From: Wickerhamiella versatilis
Lineage: Eukaryota
Length of the DNA: 64,000 nucleotides
Reading direction: 5' to 3'
Assembly: GCA_030867685.1 (NCBI GenBank)
Contig: JAQOWU010000001.1
Coordinates: 434,001-498,000 of the forward strand
A model generated the notes under the pieces. That model searched no databases, was not told where the DNA came from, and saw only the letters and a program-made list of their open reading frames with translations. The number at the start of each line of letters is the position of its first letter. Within the stretch, counting starts at the first letter, position 1. Shown here piece after piece: positions 40,602 through 50,341 of the stretch. The translations under genes were made by a program, and so were the position numbers.

Positions 40602-41918
40602 TTACTTCTTATGCGGAACAAGTGGTTTTTCCGTGACAGTAAGCAGCCTGCTACCCCAATCACCAGCGGCAGCATCACCAGTTTCATCACGCACTTGTCT
40701 TAGGAATGGAAGTAAAGTAGTTCCTCCAGTTCCCACCTCCCCAGATGATCGGGCAAGTCCTACACTACCATCAGACTTGGAACTTTCTCTTGCGGGAATG
40801 GTAATATATCTTGTGACTATCTGAATATGACGAGTGCGGAAACCTCGAAGGCATGCAAGGCATGCGTCGTAAGCAGTCATCAATCTAGAACTTCCCGAGG
40901 ATAGAACATAATCACGGATGTTAGCAACCCTTTCGAGAGATTGTAGAAACTCGCGATGCTCTCTCGGCATATACTGACGCATTTCAATTAGAAAGTTGTT
41001 TGCAGCAGTGCTAGGTGGGGACTCATGGCCTTCCCTTTTGGAGAATAAGCTCGGCGGGGTCCTCTCTCCCAGCGGCCGATGATGAACACTTAAAAATATA
41101 TCCAAAACTTGAATCAAGGAAGATTGCGCATTTGAGCCTCCACAATACTTTCGAGGGGACGTCTCAGATCCATATATCACACCAGCACTTGGCAGCCCAG
41201 AAGCCTCCATGTTCTGCCATCCGGCAAGAAAAGGCCTTAATCTGTTGTAGAATGCATGAGGATCACATAACTCTGTCATCCTAGAGAGGAGAGCTGACAT
41301 AGAATCGATATCTTCTGCCAACAATTGCAAGAACTCCTCGAGCTTTTCGTCATTCCCTTCTCGTATGGCTTTCAATGCATCCAGTCCATGTGCAATACAA
41401 GGCCCACCCTTTTTCTCGAGCTCTACACTGATGAGATAGAACCAAGATTCATCAATTGACCCAGTGTAGGTGTGTTGGGTTGCTAAGTGTTCTAAATCCC
41501 ATTCTCTTGGAGATTCAGCGGACAGGGTTCTCCAATTCCAAAGACAGACACTCGCATAAGTACATACTGGAGGCAATCCCAATTTTGAGCTCGTCTCGAT
41601 CCACGGATCACAAATGTTTGATGGTAAATTCGAGACCGGAGTGGGACGGCACCAAACATATGCGTGTGCTAAGAAGCCTAGAATTGAGTATGCCCGCCGT
41701 ATTTCAGCCTTCCCAGATAGGCGTGATGCATCTAAATTAGGAAGCGCAGTTATACGCTTGCGGATTTGTTTTGTGAGTATTAATGCCGGCAGGTCATCGG
41801 CTACCTCCTCCCATGGTTCATAATAAGCCGGAAGACGCTTTGGCGGAGGTTCCTCCGGTAAAAATCCTGTTTCAAGGCTAACGTCATAGTTTGTGGGGTC
41901 AGGAATAGGCCACTTCAT
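40602..41918 (-). CDS. BNA2: Indoleamine 2,3-dioxygenase
   Basis: TGFLP, HAYVW, TGSIDESWFY, GGSNAQSSL, MRQYMP, GTGGT. Confidence 0.95.
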   Translation of the reverse strand: MKWPIPDPTNYDVSLETGFLPEEPPPKRLPAYYEPWEEVADDLPALILTKQIRKRITALPNLDASRLSGKAEIRRAYSILGFLAHAYVWCRPTPVSNLPSNICDPWIETSSKLGLPPVCTYASVCLWNWRTLSAESPREWDLEHLATQHTYTGSIDESWFYLISVELEKKGGPCIAHGLDALKAIREGNDEKLEEFLQLLAEDIDSMSALLSRMTELCDPHAFYNRLRPFLAGWQNMEASGLPSAGVIYGSETSPRKYCGGSNAQSSLIQVLDIFLSVHHRPLGERTPPSLFSKREGHESPPSTAANNFLIEMRQYMPREHREFLQSLERVANIRDYVLSSGSSRLMTAYDACLACLRGFRTRHIQIVTRYITIPARESSKSDGSVGLARSSGEVGTGGTTLLPFLRQVRDETGDAAAGDWGSRLLTVTEKPLVPHKK

Positions 41919-42239
41919 CCAAAATTGACCCCGCTCTCAGGGTTGCAACTTCTTTGAACAATGAATAATTACGTTATACGAGCATTACATAAAACTACAA
42001 GATTATTATTATGACTATTCTATGCTATGCTATGAATATCTCTAGAGTTCTCCTAATCCACCGCATGATTGAGCGGGGGCTCTCATTTATCATGGTTGTA
42101 ACTGAGTAGACTATTTATATAGGAATGAAGGTGATCTTTTCTATAGCAATTAGCAAGGAAATAACACAAAAAATGAGTACCGCTATAGTAGCGCATGGCG
42201 CTATTCCGGTGCTTAGTATTATCACTTTTATTATCAGGC

Positions 42240-43166
42240 CTACTTTCGAATTGGTCTAGCCTGAACAAGGTCTAAATAGCTACTCATAAGCCCAGAGTCG
42301 GATTCAATTCGCTTTATTCCTAATCGAATCTCTTCTTGGACAGCTAAAGATCTCTCGCGCCTCATATGCTCGTTTATAGTGTTTCTTGTCTTAAATTCAT
42401 CCTTTCTGACTGCTCGGAGTCCTTCAACGGTCGATCTTCTAAGCTCGAGAATAGAATGAGGAAAATGCTTTTTCTGCCTGTCAGACTTTGCGACTCCCCT
42501 AGGGTCAACTTTAGACGAAAACGAGTGGGTTGACCTCGCGATTCCGGTATTCTCAGTTAAAAATTTGTTACCTGGGTCCAACAGTTTATGGCTGGGCGTC
42601 GAGCGTCCATTCAATGTGTGAGCACGTACATTCATATAATAATATAATACTTGCTCCAGCATGGCAAGCTGACCCTTCATAGCATGATAGCTATCACACC
42701 ATTTCAATTCTTTACTCTCTGTAGTTGCATATTCAGATGAGAGACATGTTACGTGTTCAAGCAAATGTAGATAATAAAAACAGCTTTCTTTAAATTCGCA
42801 GACACAAGGCTGCGATTTTTTGAAGCATATATTGATGAGCACCCGGCTAGTGGCTAATAAGTTCAACAGTTTGGTGTTACAAGGTTTCAGATGATGTTTA
42901 TTTGGCCTTTTTACGGATTGATTCTGCATGTCAATTGGACTATTTTCAGCCTCATGTCTGTTTATTGTGCTAGGATCCTTCCCATAAACCATACTGGTAG
43001 TCTCACTGTCGGTAATACCCGACCCTGAACCTCCAGGACCAACCTCGTATAACAATTTTTTATGAGGACTTGATTCTGTGATATGTAGAGGCAATGCTGA
43101 GCCATTTCTCGAAAATTTACATATAGCTGCTTTCTCTCCAATATCTGATTTGCTTCCCGTGTTCAT
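42240..43166 (-). CDS. Hypothetical protein, no recognisable family
   Basis: 308-codon ORF from ATG 43166; the TTGCAACCCT motif sits 24 nt upstream, as in RPL21. Confidence 0.5.
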   Translation of the reverse strand: MNTGSKSDIGEKAAICKFSRNGSALPLHITESSPHKKLLYEVGPGGSGSGITDSETTSMVYGKDPSTINRHEAENSPIDMQNQSVKRPNKHHLKPCNTKLLNLLATSRVLINICFKKSQPCVCEFKESCFYYLHLLEHVTCLSSEYATTESKELKWCDSYHAMKGQLAMLEQVLYYYMNVRAHTLNGRSTPSHKLLDPGNKFLTENTGIARSTHSFSSKVDPRGVAKSDRQKKHFPHSILELRRSTVEGLRAVRKDEFKTRNTINEHMRRERSLAVQEEIRLGIKRIESDSGLMSSYLDLVQARPIRK

Positions 43167-43585
43167 ATCCAGCAAAATGGTCGAAGACCGAGGGTTGCAA
43201 ACCCTGTCCTTAAGTTCATCTTAGATATAACCCCTAGCCTCAAAAGCGCATTCCGTTCACCATAGAAACGCATAGCAACTACTGAAAATACGCCTAGATT
43301 GAAGTTGAGGGATGGAATTATAAGCTTATGATTTAATTTTATTTTGCATGAAGTACGATAAGCGCATATGCAGCAGATCATAACACTATGTCCGGGGAAT
43401 TCTCGGGGGGATTGACAGACATTGTGAAACAAAAGCTAGTTTAGGCTCAAAAGCGTATCAACTCATCGTACTCCACTGCTCGGCTAAATTTCTCATATTA
43501 GCATGACAGTCTCTCTTAGTCATATATAAAATGCATCTAAATCTGCAGGTTCCAAAAATAATACAGTGTTTCAAACTTTGCCAAT

Positions 43586-43615
43586 CCTATGGTATGCCCT
43601 ATGGTATGCCTATGC
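43586..43615. repeat. Short tandem repeat CCTATGGTATGC x2 plus a partial copy
   Basis: cctatggtatgc-cctatggtatgc-ctatgc read directly. Confidence 0.8.
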
Positions 43616-44392
43616 TACACAGGAAAAAATCGAGTTAAATACATGTATGGTAGAAAATCCTGAATAAAGCATTTCTATCAATCAGCTATAGTATAATAGA
43701 GTGCAGTTGAGGAGAAAATTTAAGGTAAATAAGAAATTTACTAATCAGACAAAAAACTCACTTTATGCTCTTCATACTATAGTGTAAGAGTATGCCTATT
43801 CGAAATAGCTGCTAGATTTTTTCCCCTATTTTTCACGGTTAACTAGAATTTGTTTATGAACGAGGTGTCCATCGTTTTTCGACTGGAACCCCTCGTTCGC
43901 AGGAGGGGTGTGCCCTGCATATCAAAAGCAATTTCAAAATAATGACTGAGCCACTTTTTTTTTACAAGATGTTGCTTTATAGATGATAAACCCACATCGC
44001 TAGTGATATCCTCTTGCATTATCTAAATTCAATTACAAGTCTAAGAGAGGGCTTCTCCCTGCTGAACTTGTAGCCATCTCTGAATGAGGGACATTATCCC
44101 TTATCAATTCACTTGGCCGCTCAGTAATTGTCTGCATGTCTTCGGCTTCCCCTCCCTACAATTTGTAATGGCCCAGTTGCTGTGATTTTTTCTCGGGAAT
44201 AGTTTTCGAAAGCAATAAATTAAAGCTTCAAGCGGGACGTGCATATTTTGTCGTGCTGGCAACACTGTAAGTGGGGTATCTTGCATTGCGCCACCAGGTT
44301 GAGGTGCTCAAAACCACGATCTAAAGATTAAATTTTGAGCGAAATTACTGCTAGTCTCGAACTGTTCTTCGAAAAGGTTTCGAGAACTACAT

Positions 44393-44402
44393 GTCACGTG
44401 AC
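44393..44402. promoter_or_regulatory. Palindromic Cbf1-type site GTCACGTGAC upstream of BSD2
   Basis: Perfect 10-bp palindrome about 60 nt before the ATG. Confidence 0.5.
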
Positions 44403-44459
44403 TACGTATACCAGGTCAGCACGAAGTCCCATGAGTAATCAGCTGGATAACTGAGTTCA

Positions 44460-45338
44460 ATGCCAGAGGGCCAAACCCAGGATCCGCTGCTTGACACATT
44501 TGGCTCGGATGATGATTCCGATACCGGTGGATGGGTGGATGATAGGACTGGTGTCTCAAGTGAGAGGGAGCAACCCTCCCAGCAGCAGGGCCGCTGGACA
44601 GGCCTACTTGCCCGATTGAGAGGAGATAACCGGGAAACCTCTGAGACTGGTCCACAATCTGCCGACGGTGTGTTTCATAACCTTGTAGCAGCAAAAGATG
44701 ATGACAATGAGCGTTCTACCACGCCACCACCGCCACCGCCACCTCCGGAAGATGATGATATTGCTAATGAAGAGGCGCCTCCTTCCTACGCGGAAGCCTC
44801 TGCGGATGCCACTCCCTCTTATTGGGAGACTACCATTTTAGCCAATGATTGGGGTGAGGATATTATTGTAGGAGAGCTACCTGTAGGAACTTTCCTACAT
44901 TTCGCTTGGAATATGCTTCTCAGTACTGCATTTGGCTACTTTGGCTTCTTCTTCACATATTTGTTCCATACCAGTCATGCAGCGCGCGGGGGTTCAATAT
45001 CTGGATTTGGTATAACATTAGTCCAGTCATCCTATGGTATGGTGTCTGAAGAGAGCGTGCCTCCCGGACCACCAGCGGACATGTTCTCGCCAGCCGATCC
45101 CAATAATTATCAAGATGGTTCGGCCATTGGCTATGTGATGCATCCAACTGGACAGGCACCCGTCCAAGCAGCCTCTCCATCGCAGCACAATAACTGGTTA
45201 GGCAATTGCGTCTTTGTGTTGGGTATATTTCTATTAATTAAAGGAACTTTCGACTTCCTTTGGGCAAGAAGCGTGGAAACCGCCATACTTACCCAGATGT
45301 CCTCTCCTCAGGAAGAGCAGGAAGAAGAGCCTGTCTAA
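44460..45338 (+). CDS. BSD2: Rsp5 adaptor / metal homeostasis protein Bsd2
   Basis: DGVFHNL, PPSYAEASADATPSYWETT, LPVG, HTSHAARGGS..GFG, three TM segments. Confidence 0.92.
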   Translation: MPEGQTQDPLLDTFGSDDDSDTGGWVDDRTGVSSEREQPSQQQGRWTGLLARLRGDNRETSETGPQSADGVFHNLVAAKDDDNERSTTPPPPPPPPEDDDIANEEAPPSYAEASADATPSYWETTILANDWGEDIIVGELPVGTFLHFAWNMLLSTAFGYFGFFFTYLFHTSHAARGGSISGFGITLVQSSYGMVSEESVPPGPPADMFSPADPNNYQDGSAIGYVMHPTGQAPVQAASPSQHNNWLGNCVFVLGIFLLIKGTFDFLWARSVETAILTQMSSPQEEQEEEPV

Positions 45339-45423
45339 TTATGGGAGGCTTCTTCATATGTGAGATTTTGGTCTGGTCTAACAAGCATTCACCATAAGTC
45401 ACACATGACTAACACTAAACCCC

Positions 45424-46149
45424 ATGTTAACCATGGAATCTCTGGAGATTTTTGATAATGAAATTCGTAGACTCCACCTCAAGCTCATAGCCACTTTTGA
45501 CGATCTGGCACTCCTCATTCACGAAGCACGAATGTTAGATATCGAAGCCGATAAGTTGTCACGCGCTACCGTCGTGGATGTGGTTCAGGCTCGCTGTTCG
45601 GGTCCTACCATGCCACAACAAACTGATTTATCTTTCTCACAGGATCCAATTGGGCCCTTGTATCAGTATTCATCCACACCTGTCGCTAGTAGTTTGTGCA
45701 GGAAGCGAAAGACTCCAGACGGAGAGACTAGTGCTGCTGAAATATCATATGAGCGTTCAATTAAAGAAGGCATTGACAAAGAAGAAATGGAACAAAATTG
45801 GGAAAAGATCTTTGTGGAGCCTGACTTTAAGCTGAGACAACCCGGAAATGTTTACGATTTATGGAATGAGTGGGTCGAGGGCACTCCTGCAAGACCTAGT
45901 GTTGTCTGGTTAGACAAGCGATTTGGACGCCGTGCTTGGGCTGGAGCTGCCGGTGATATGGATGAGGCTACTAGACGCCATTTACTTATACGAGAAATTA
46001 ATTTCTGGGTGGAGAAAAAATCACAGCCGCTTGAGAAAGTTTTGAATGCAACCCAAGAAGTGGCCAACGACATGGGTGGGCTGGAATTCTTACTTACTGC
46101 GATTAAGAGAAGAAAATGCAGGGCGGGAAGTTTCCTCGAACTGGCTTAA
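45424..46149 (+). CDS. GCR1_C-domain DNA-binding protein (Gcr1/Msn1/Hot1 family)
   Basis: FKLRQPGNVYDLWNEWVEG....PSV..LDKRFG..W.....RR..LI..I. Confidence 0.75.
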   Translation: MLTMESLEIFDNEIRRLHLKLIATFDDLALLIHEARMLDIEADKLSRATVVDVVQARCSGPTMPQQTDLSFSQDPIGPLYQYSSTPVASSLCRKRKTPDGETSAAEISYERSIKEGIDKEEMEQNWEKIFVEPDFKLRQPGNVYDLWNEWVEGTPARPSVVWLDKRFGRRAWAGAAGDMDEATRRHLLIREINFWVEKKSQPLEKVLNATQEVANDMGGLEFLLTAIKRRKCRAGSFLELA

Positions 46150-46354
46150 GTTATTTATAGCGGGCTGGTGGTTTTGAATGTGAGGCATCGTGCTTTTTCA
46201 CCAAAGCTTCTTTTCATGTCTCTTGTTCGGTTGATTCATTACTGTAATGATTAGGTCTTTTACATCTTCCCCATTATGCTCTTTTCATTTATGATATCAC
46301 AATAGCTATATTTAATAATATACAAATTAAATTCTGAATCCTACAAGATCCTCC

Positions 46355-47467
46355 CTAATCTACTCTAAATTCGTCCACGTCAACGTCCTCCAATTGAATG
46401 TCATTTTCGACTGGGTTGTAAGGTCTACGGGTTACGCCAGCCCAAATGCGGCGCCGTCTCTCAGACCCAAGAAGAAAATACAAAGTAGCTGCAAGTAAAA
46501 ACAAGAGTGCTATTCCACCCCAAAACCTATGGGAACGCGCATCGAGACGCATACCAACATCTTTCGGGGGACGCTTGAGACTATCGTCTTTTCCGAACAT
46601 CCAGGTTCGAGAATCAGTGCTGGGCTGAATTCCAACTGGATCCAGTCCATTGTCAAAGGCAGCATACAACACTGCTCTGCCGAGTGTCCATTTTGTTTTG
46701 CTAGCGGATATGGATGTGACATTAAGGGCTTCCTTTAGCTCGAAGCCAAATTTTGCAGCATAGCAATCCCCCTCACATTGCTCTGCCTCATCAACAAGAC
46801 CATGATACTTGTCGAAAAAAGTGGTGAACCTGTCAAGCGCGACAAAGTCTATGTCAGGGGGGACCGGCGGCAGGCCACTCGGAAGAGAGACCGAGCAATT
46901 AATCCATGACTCACAAACATTTTGAGAATAATCGCCATCGAATGAACTCGTTGCCAAGTCAGTAACGTTACCCAAAGCCACGCGGTATGGACCCGACTCA
47001 CCAGACTGTGATGGATATGCTATGCTTAAGGATGAGGTCGACAAATCAATTACCCCATGTTGCCCATCTGGATAGTTCGCAGCTATCCAACTTAGACCGG
47101 ACCTGTTGAGCTCATCAATGTAGTCAACATAATTCGAGCAATCCTCAATCAAAAAGTTTGAGTTATCTTTTAAGTATTTGCAAGCTGATCTCAGATGTTC
47201 ATCCCGTTGGCTATCATCCATATCGCGAAATGGTCCTACACCATAAAGATATAGCGGCGTTCGTGCTAATTCTTTTGCAGGAATGACTTCTGCGGCATAT
47301 TTCAATAGCTCATTTAGTATGGCCTCGGAATCGTTCGATATTTCCTTTGAAATAGTTTTCGTTCCCGATTCAACGATGGTAGTGAAGCTCGAATACTGGT
47401 ATATGTCCAAACTTATTTGAACAGGCTCAGCCTCGACTATCACTACATACCCAGGGTTGTTCAGCAT
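46355..47467 (-). CDS. YND1-like GDA1/CD39 apyrase-fold membrane protein with degenerate catalytic motifs
   Basis: Scaffold YVVIVEA, TPLYL, WIAANY, GVIDL...IAY, WTLGRAVLYA and a C-terminal TM; ACR1-4 altered. Confidence 0.75.
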   Translation of the reverse strand: MLNNPGYVVIVEAEPVQISLDIYQYSSFTTIVESGTKTISKEISNDSEAILNELLKYAAEVIPAKELARTPLYLYGVGPFRDMDDSQRDEHLRSACKYLKDNSNFLIEDCSNYVDYIDELNRSGLSWIAANYPDGQHGVIDLSTSSLSIAYPSQSGESGPYRVALGNVTDLATSSFDGDYSQNVCESWINCSVSLPSGLPPVPPDIDFVALDRFTTFFDKYHGLVDEAEQCEGDCYAAKFGFELKEALNVTSISASKTKWTLGRAVLYAAFDNGLDPVGIQPSTDSRTWMFGKDDSLKRPPKDVGMRLDARSHRFWGGIALLFLLAATLYFLLGSERRRRIWAGVTRRPYNPVENDIQLEDVDVDEFRVD

Positions 47468-47860
47468 ATTGAAATCATATGTGCATGTCAGCAAGCGCTG
47501 CCGCGCTTACTCGTAGCGTCAGTGGTGAGAGGTGTAAATGGTCTCGCACAATGATTTAAAGCAGTTGCTAGGACTTTTGGAAGATTCCTGGGGGAAATTC
47601 GTTTTGTTTCCCATTGTCCTTTAGAGCAGTATCACGGGGAACTATATACAGATCAGGATGTATGTTTTAGTGTCCCCAATCTTACAATCCGTTCCAAATA
47701 TATCCGTGACATGGAGTTCCTTGAAAAAATGTTACGTTTGATCAGGTGAATGTGGCATGCATTGGCCTGTTTGCAGTTTTTATTATATTCCAATTTTTGT
47801 ACCCTTAACCTGCGCCTCAAAGTCGCGCTCCTTGGAGTTTGAGTTATCCTCAAAAATAAT

Positions 47861-48388
47861 ATGCCTAATTGTAATTGTGGATACAGCACGGTTAAGAGTT
47901 TCAATTTCAAGCGACATCTCCAGCGCAATCCGACGCATAGCGAAGCATCTGTCTCGAGTCTGGGTGGCAGTGAATTAACCGCTACAGGACCTTCCAATTG
48001 CCACCTGGAATTGACTCCTTCCACCCCGTCAAACGATCTGTCTAAAGCACCAATCTCAGCTGAAGCGTGTCAGATGTCGTATCTAGGAAGTGGAATACCA
48101 CAGGTACTCACTCCACCGACAATCTACGACACAGGTAAAGAAGCTGCTGCCCATATCTCACGAATCAGATCACACCACCAGGCCCCCGTGACAGTACCTA
48201 ATGCAGATTGTCACTCCCTAGAGCCTCAAGGAGATGCCAATGTGGAAAGCACAAGGTTAAAAACTCTTGAAAGTCATATGTCACAGGCGCTTCAGCAAAT
48301 AGAGATATTGAAGTCACAGGTTCAGGCGCTTACTAGTTTCCGCTCAGACCTCTGCCATGTGGCCATGTACCACCAGAAAATTCATTGA
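47861..48388 (+). CDS. Hypothetical protein with an N-terminal C2H2-like motif and C-terminal coiled coil
   Basis: CNCGYSTVKSFNFKRHLQRNPTH; RLKTLESHMSQALQQIEILKSQVQAL. Confidence 0.6.
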   Translation: MPNCNCGYSTVKSFNFKRHLQRNPTHSEASVSSLGGSELTATGPSNCHLELTPSTPSNDLSKAPISAEACQMSYLGSGIPQVLTPPTIYDTGKEAAAHISRIRSHHQAPVTVPNADCHSLEPQGDANVESTRLKTLESHMSQALQQIEILKSQVQALTSFRSDLCHVAMYHQKIH

Positions 48389-48574
48389 GCCGTATTTATC
48401 CTATATTTGTTGGGCGAGTCTCTACCGACGGATCGCCTAACATATATATATCAATAATCTCGATCACGGCGAGGTGTTATCTACCCGGTTATGCTTCGAC
48501 AAACCATTTGGTAAGGTGTTAATGTGCAGATGACATCTATTAACTGTGCAACTAAAGCTACTTGTAAGTTCTTT

Positions 48575-48687
48575 AGCACTTTGGCCGAGTGGTTATGGCG
48601 GCTGACTCAAGTGTTCCACACTTCCGCTGTCACAGCGCGGGACTTCAGCTGGAGTAATCCGCAAGGGTTCGAATCCCTTAGGTGCTA
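48575..48687 (+). tRNA. tRNA-Leu(CAA) with 32-nt intron (48612-48643)
   Basis: Acceptor AGCACTT/AGGTGCT, D arm TGGCCGAGTGG, anticodon stem GCTGA/TCAGC with CAA at 48608-48610, long variable arm, T arm AAGGG-TTCGAAT-CCCTT. Confidence 0.93.
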
Positions 48688-48691
48688 ATAA

Positions 48692-48700
48692 TTTTTTTTT
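48692..48700 (+). terminator. Pol III oligo-T terminator of tRNA-Leu
   Basis: T9 run 4 nt after the discriminator base. Confidence 0.8.
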
Positions 48701-48886
48701 CTTGTGGTCTCCTATGAGAGCTGTGTATACCGCTATTTTGCATTTATTAACAAGATTAAGTCCAAAATTTTTGAAAATTTTATATACAGTTCAATTGATT
48801 AAGTGAGATTGCAAAGCCTCTTCATACATCTAAATACATCAATGTCATTTCATTAAACAAACCAGAATCACATACATACCACTATT

Positions 48887-49501
48887 TTATGCAGACACCG
48901 TGGACGACGGTGTGGAGGGTAAACTGGGAGATGATCCCCCTGATGATGGAGGAGAATCCCGCCATGATGGGAGTGGCTGTGGGTCTCGTGAAATTCTCAT
49001 AGATCCGTCAATTTGGAAAAACTTTGGATGTGCTAGTTGACATGCTGGTCCATCAGGACAGAATCCATAAATGTACAATGGGCAGGCTTGCTTCAGGACA
49101 TGTCGCTTTGTACATTTAGGACCCAGCCGGCAAAACCCTTTATCGTATGCTGGGCAAGTTGGTATGCGGTCGGCGGCCTTGGGGTGCGCAAATGGACATG
49201 CTGGAACATACGGGCATGTCCCGAGCCGTGCCAAATTGGGGCATTCGGGCAATTTTGACACTATAAGCTCATGAAGAAACTCGCATTGATCTCCCTTCTT
49301 ACACAGACCTTTAAGCCAGTGCCGGCACACGATCTTGTGACTGAATTCGGGAAGAGCATGCTTGTCTGGGCAGTACCTGCCCCGAGGACAGAAGCTCATG
49401 CTGTAGTATCGGCATATTGGCGCAGCAGGATCATGGTTCCAGCGATACTCGCGTTCTAAATATCCATCGAAGGCAAATTTACGCTTGGTCGTGTCGACCA
49501 T
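48887..49501 (-). CDS. YTH1: CPSF30 / Yth1 mRNA 3'-processing factor
   Basis: Five CCCH fingers including VCRHWLKGLCKKGDQCEFLHE. Confidence 0.93.
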   Translation of the reverse strand: MVDTTKRKFAFDGYLEREYRWNHDPAAPICRYYSMSFCPRGRYCPDKHALPEFSHKIVCRHWLKGLCKKGDQCEFLHELIVSKLPECPNLARLGTCPYVPACPFAHPKAADRIPTCPAYDKGFCRLGPKCTKRHVLKQACPLYIYGFCPDGPACQLAHPKFFQIDGSMRISRDPQPLPSWRDSPPSSGGSSPSLPSTPSSTVSA

Positions 49502-49823
49502 GTCGGTTGCATTAGTAATGAAGCTACTTTGTTAGATACGCGGGCAGGACGACGACTAGCTAGATTGGCTCCTGTAGAAAATTGGCCAAGTTTCTATAAT
49601 CAACTGTGGCTCCACTATTATATGCATAAGAGCAGTAGTTGCAAGAATGGAATCACCTAAATCTGTCTCCAACATCTGGCATCACATTATATAACCGAGC
49701 TCTTTTTAATATAGGCATTGAAGCTGCCTCAGTCATATTTTTTCTTGGAGTTATCAGGTTCCATCATCTGGGTGAAAGTATAGAAATATCCTTCCACCAA
49801 AGAGATTTCTTTTGTTGTTAAGG

Positions 49824-50159
49824 ATGAAGAAGCCAGCCGTTGATCGCATAAACTACTTGGCACAGTTAAGCCAGCTGTGCTTACAGGTTTCGCCAGATAA
49901 TCCATCTTTAGGCCGGTTGTATGGTTCTACGATGTCTAATGTTGCCCGTAAGAGCGTCACCAGACTGGATCGTGAAACGAAGAGGCGGTTCTGTAAAAAA
50001 TGTATGATGCCTATCGTACCAGCACGAACTGCGTCATTCCGTATTGTGGACAAATCACGCAAAAAAAATAGGCCAACCCTATGCATCAAGTGTACATGTG
50101 GCCATATACGGCATTATCAGTTATGGAATCAGAAAGAAACACCCGAAGTTGCATCATGA
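49824..50159 (+). CDS. RPR2: RNase P subunit Rpr2/Rpp21
   Basis: RINYLAQ, KRRFCKKC..P, CTCGHIRHY zinc ribbon. Confidence 0.85.
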   Translation: MKKPAVDRINYLAQLSQLCLQVSPDNPSLGRLYGSTMSNVARKSVTRLDRETKRRFCKKCMMPIVPARTASFRIVDKSRKKNRPTLCIKCTCGHIRHYQLWNQKETPEVAS

Positions 50160-50341
50160 TATATAACTGTATTTTTTATGCTTTACGTTTTACGACCACC
50201 CATTTATTCTCTTCTTTTTTTTCTAAATGATATCAGCCTACGCAAAGCATATGGATAGCATAAATATATATAGATCCAATAGTTGTGCAAACATGTGCCG
50301 AATACAGATAAGCTGAATGGTAAGGTAAGGGTTGCTCTGGA

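Noticed and set aside
43531-43638. 35-aa micro-ORF MHLNLQ...YGMPYGMP...KSS as a pheromone precursor
   Set aside because: No CAAX box, Kex2 sites or signal peptide
44393-44402. CDEI-like element suggesting a point centromere
   Set aside because: No adjacent very AT-rich CDEII or CDEIII; better explained as a Cbf1 promoter site
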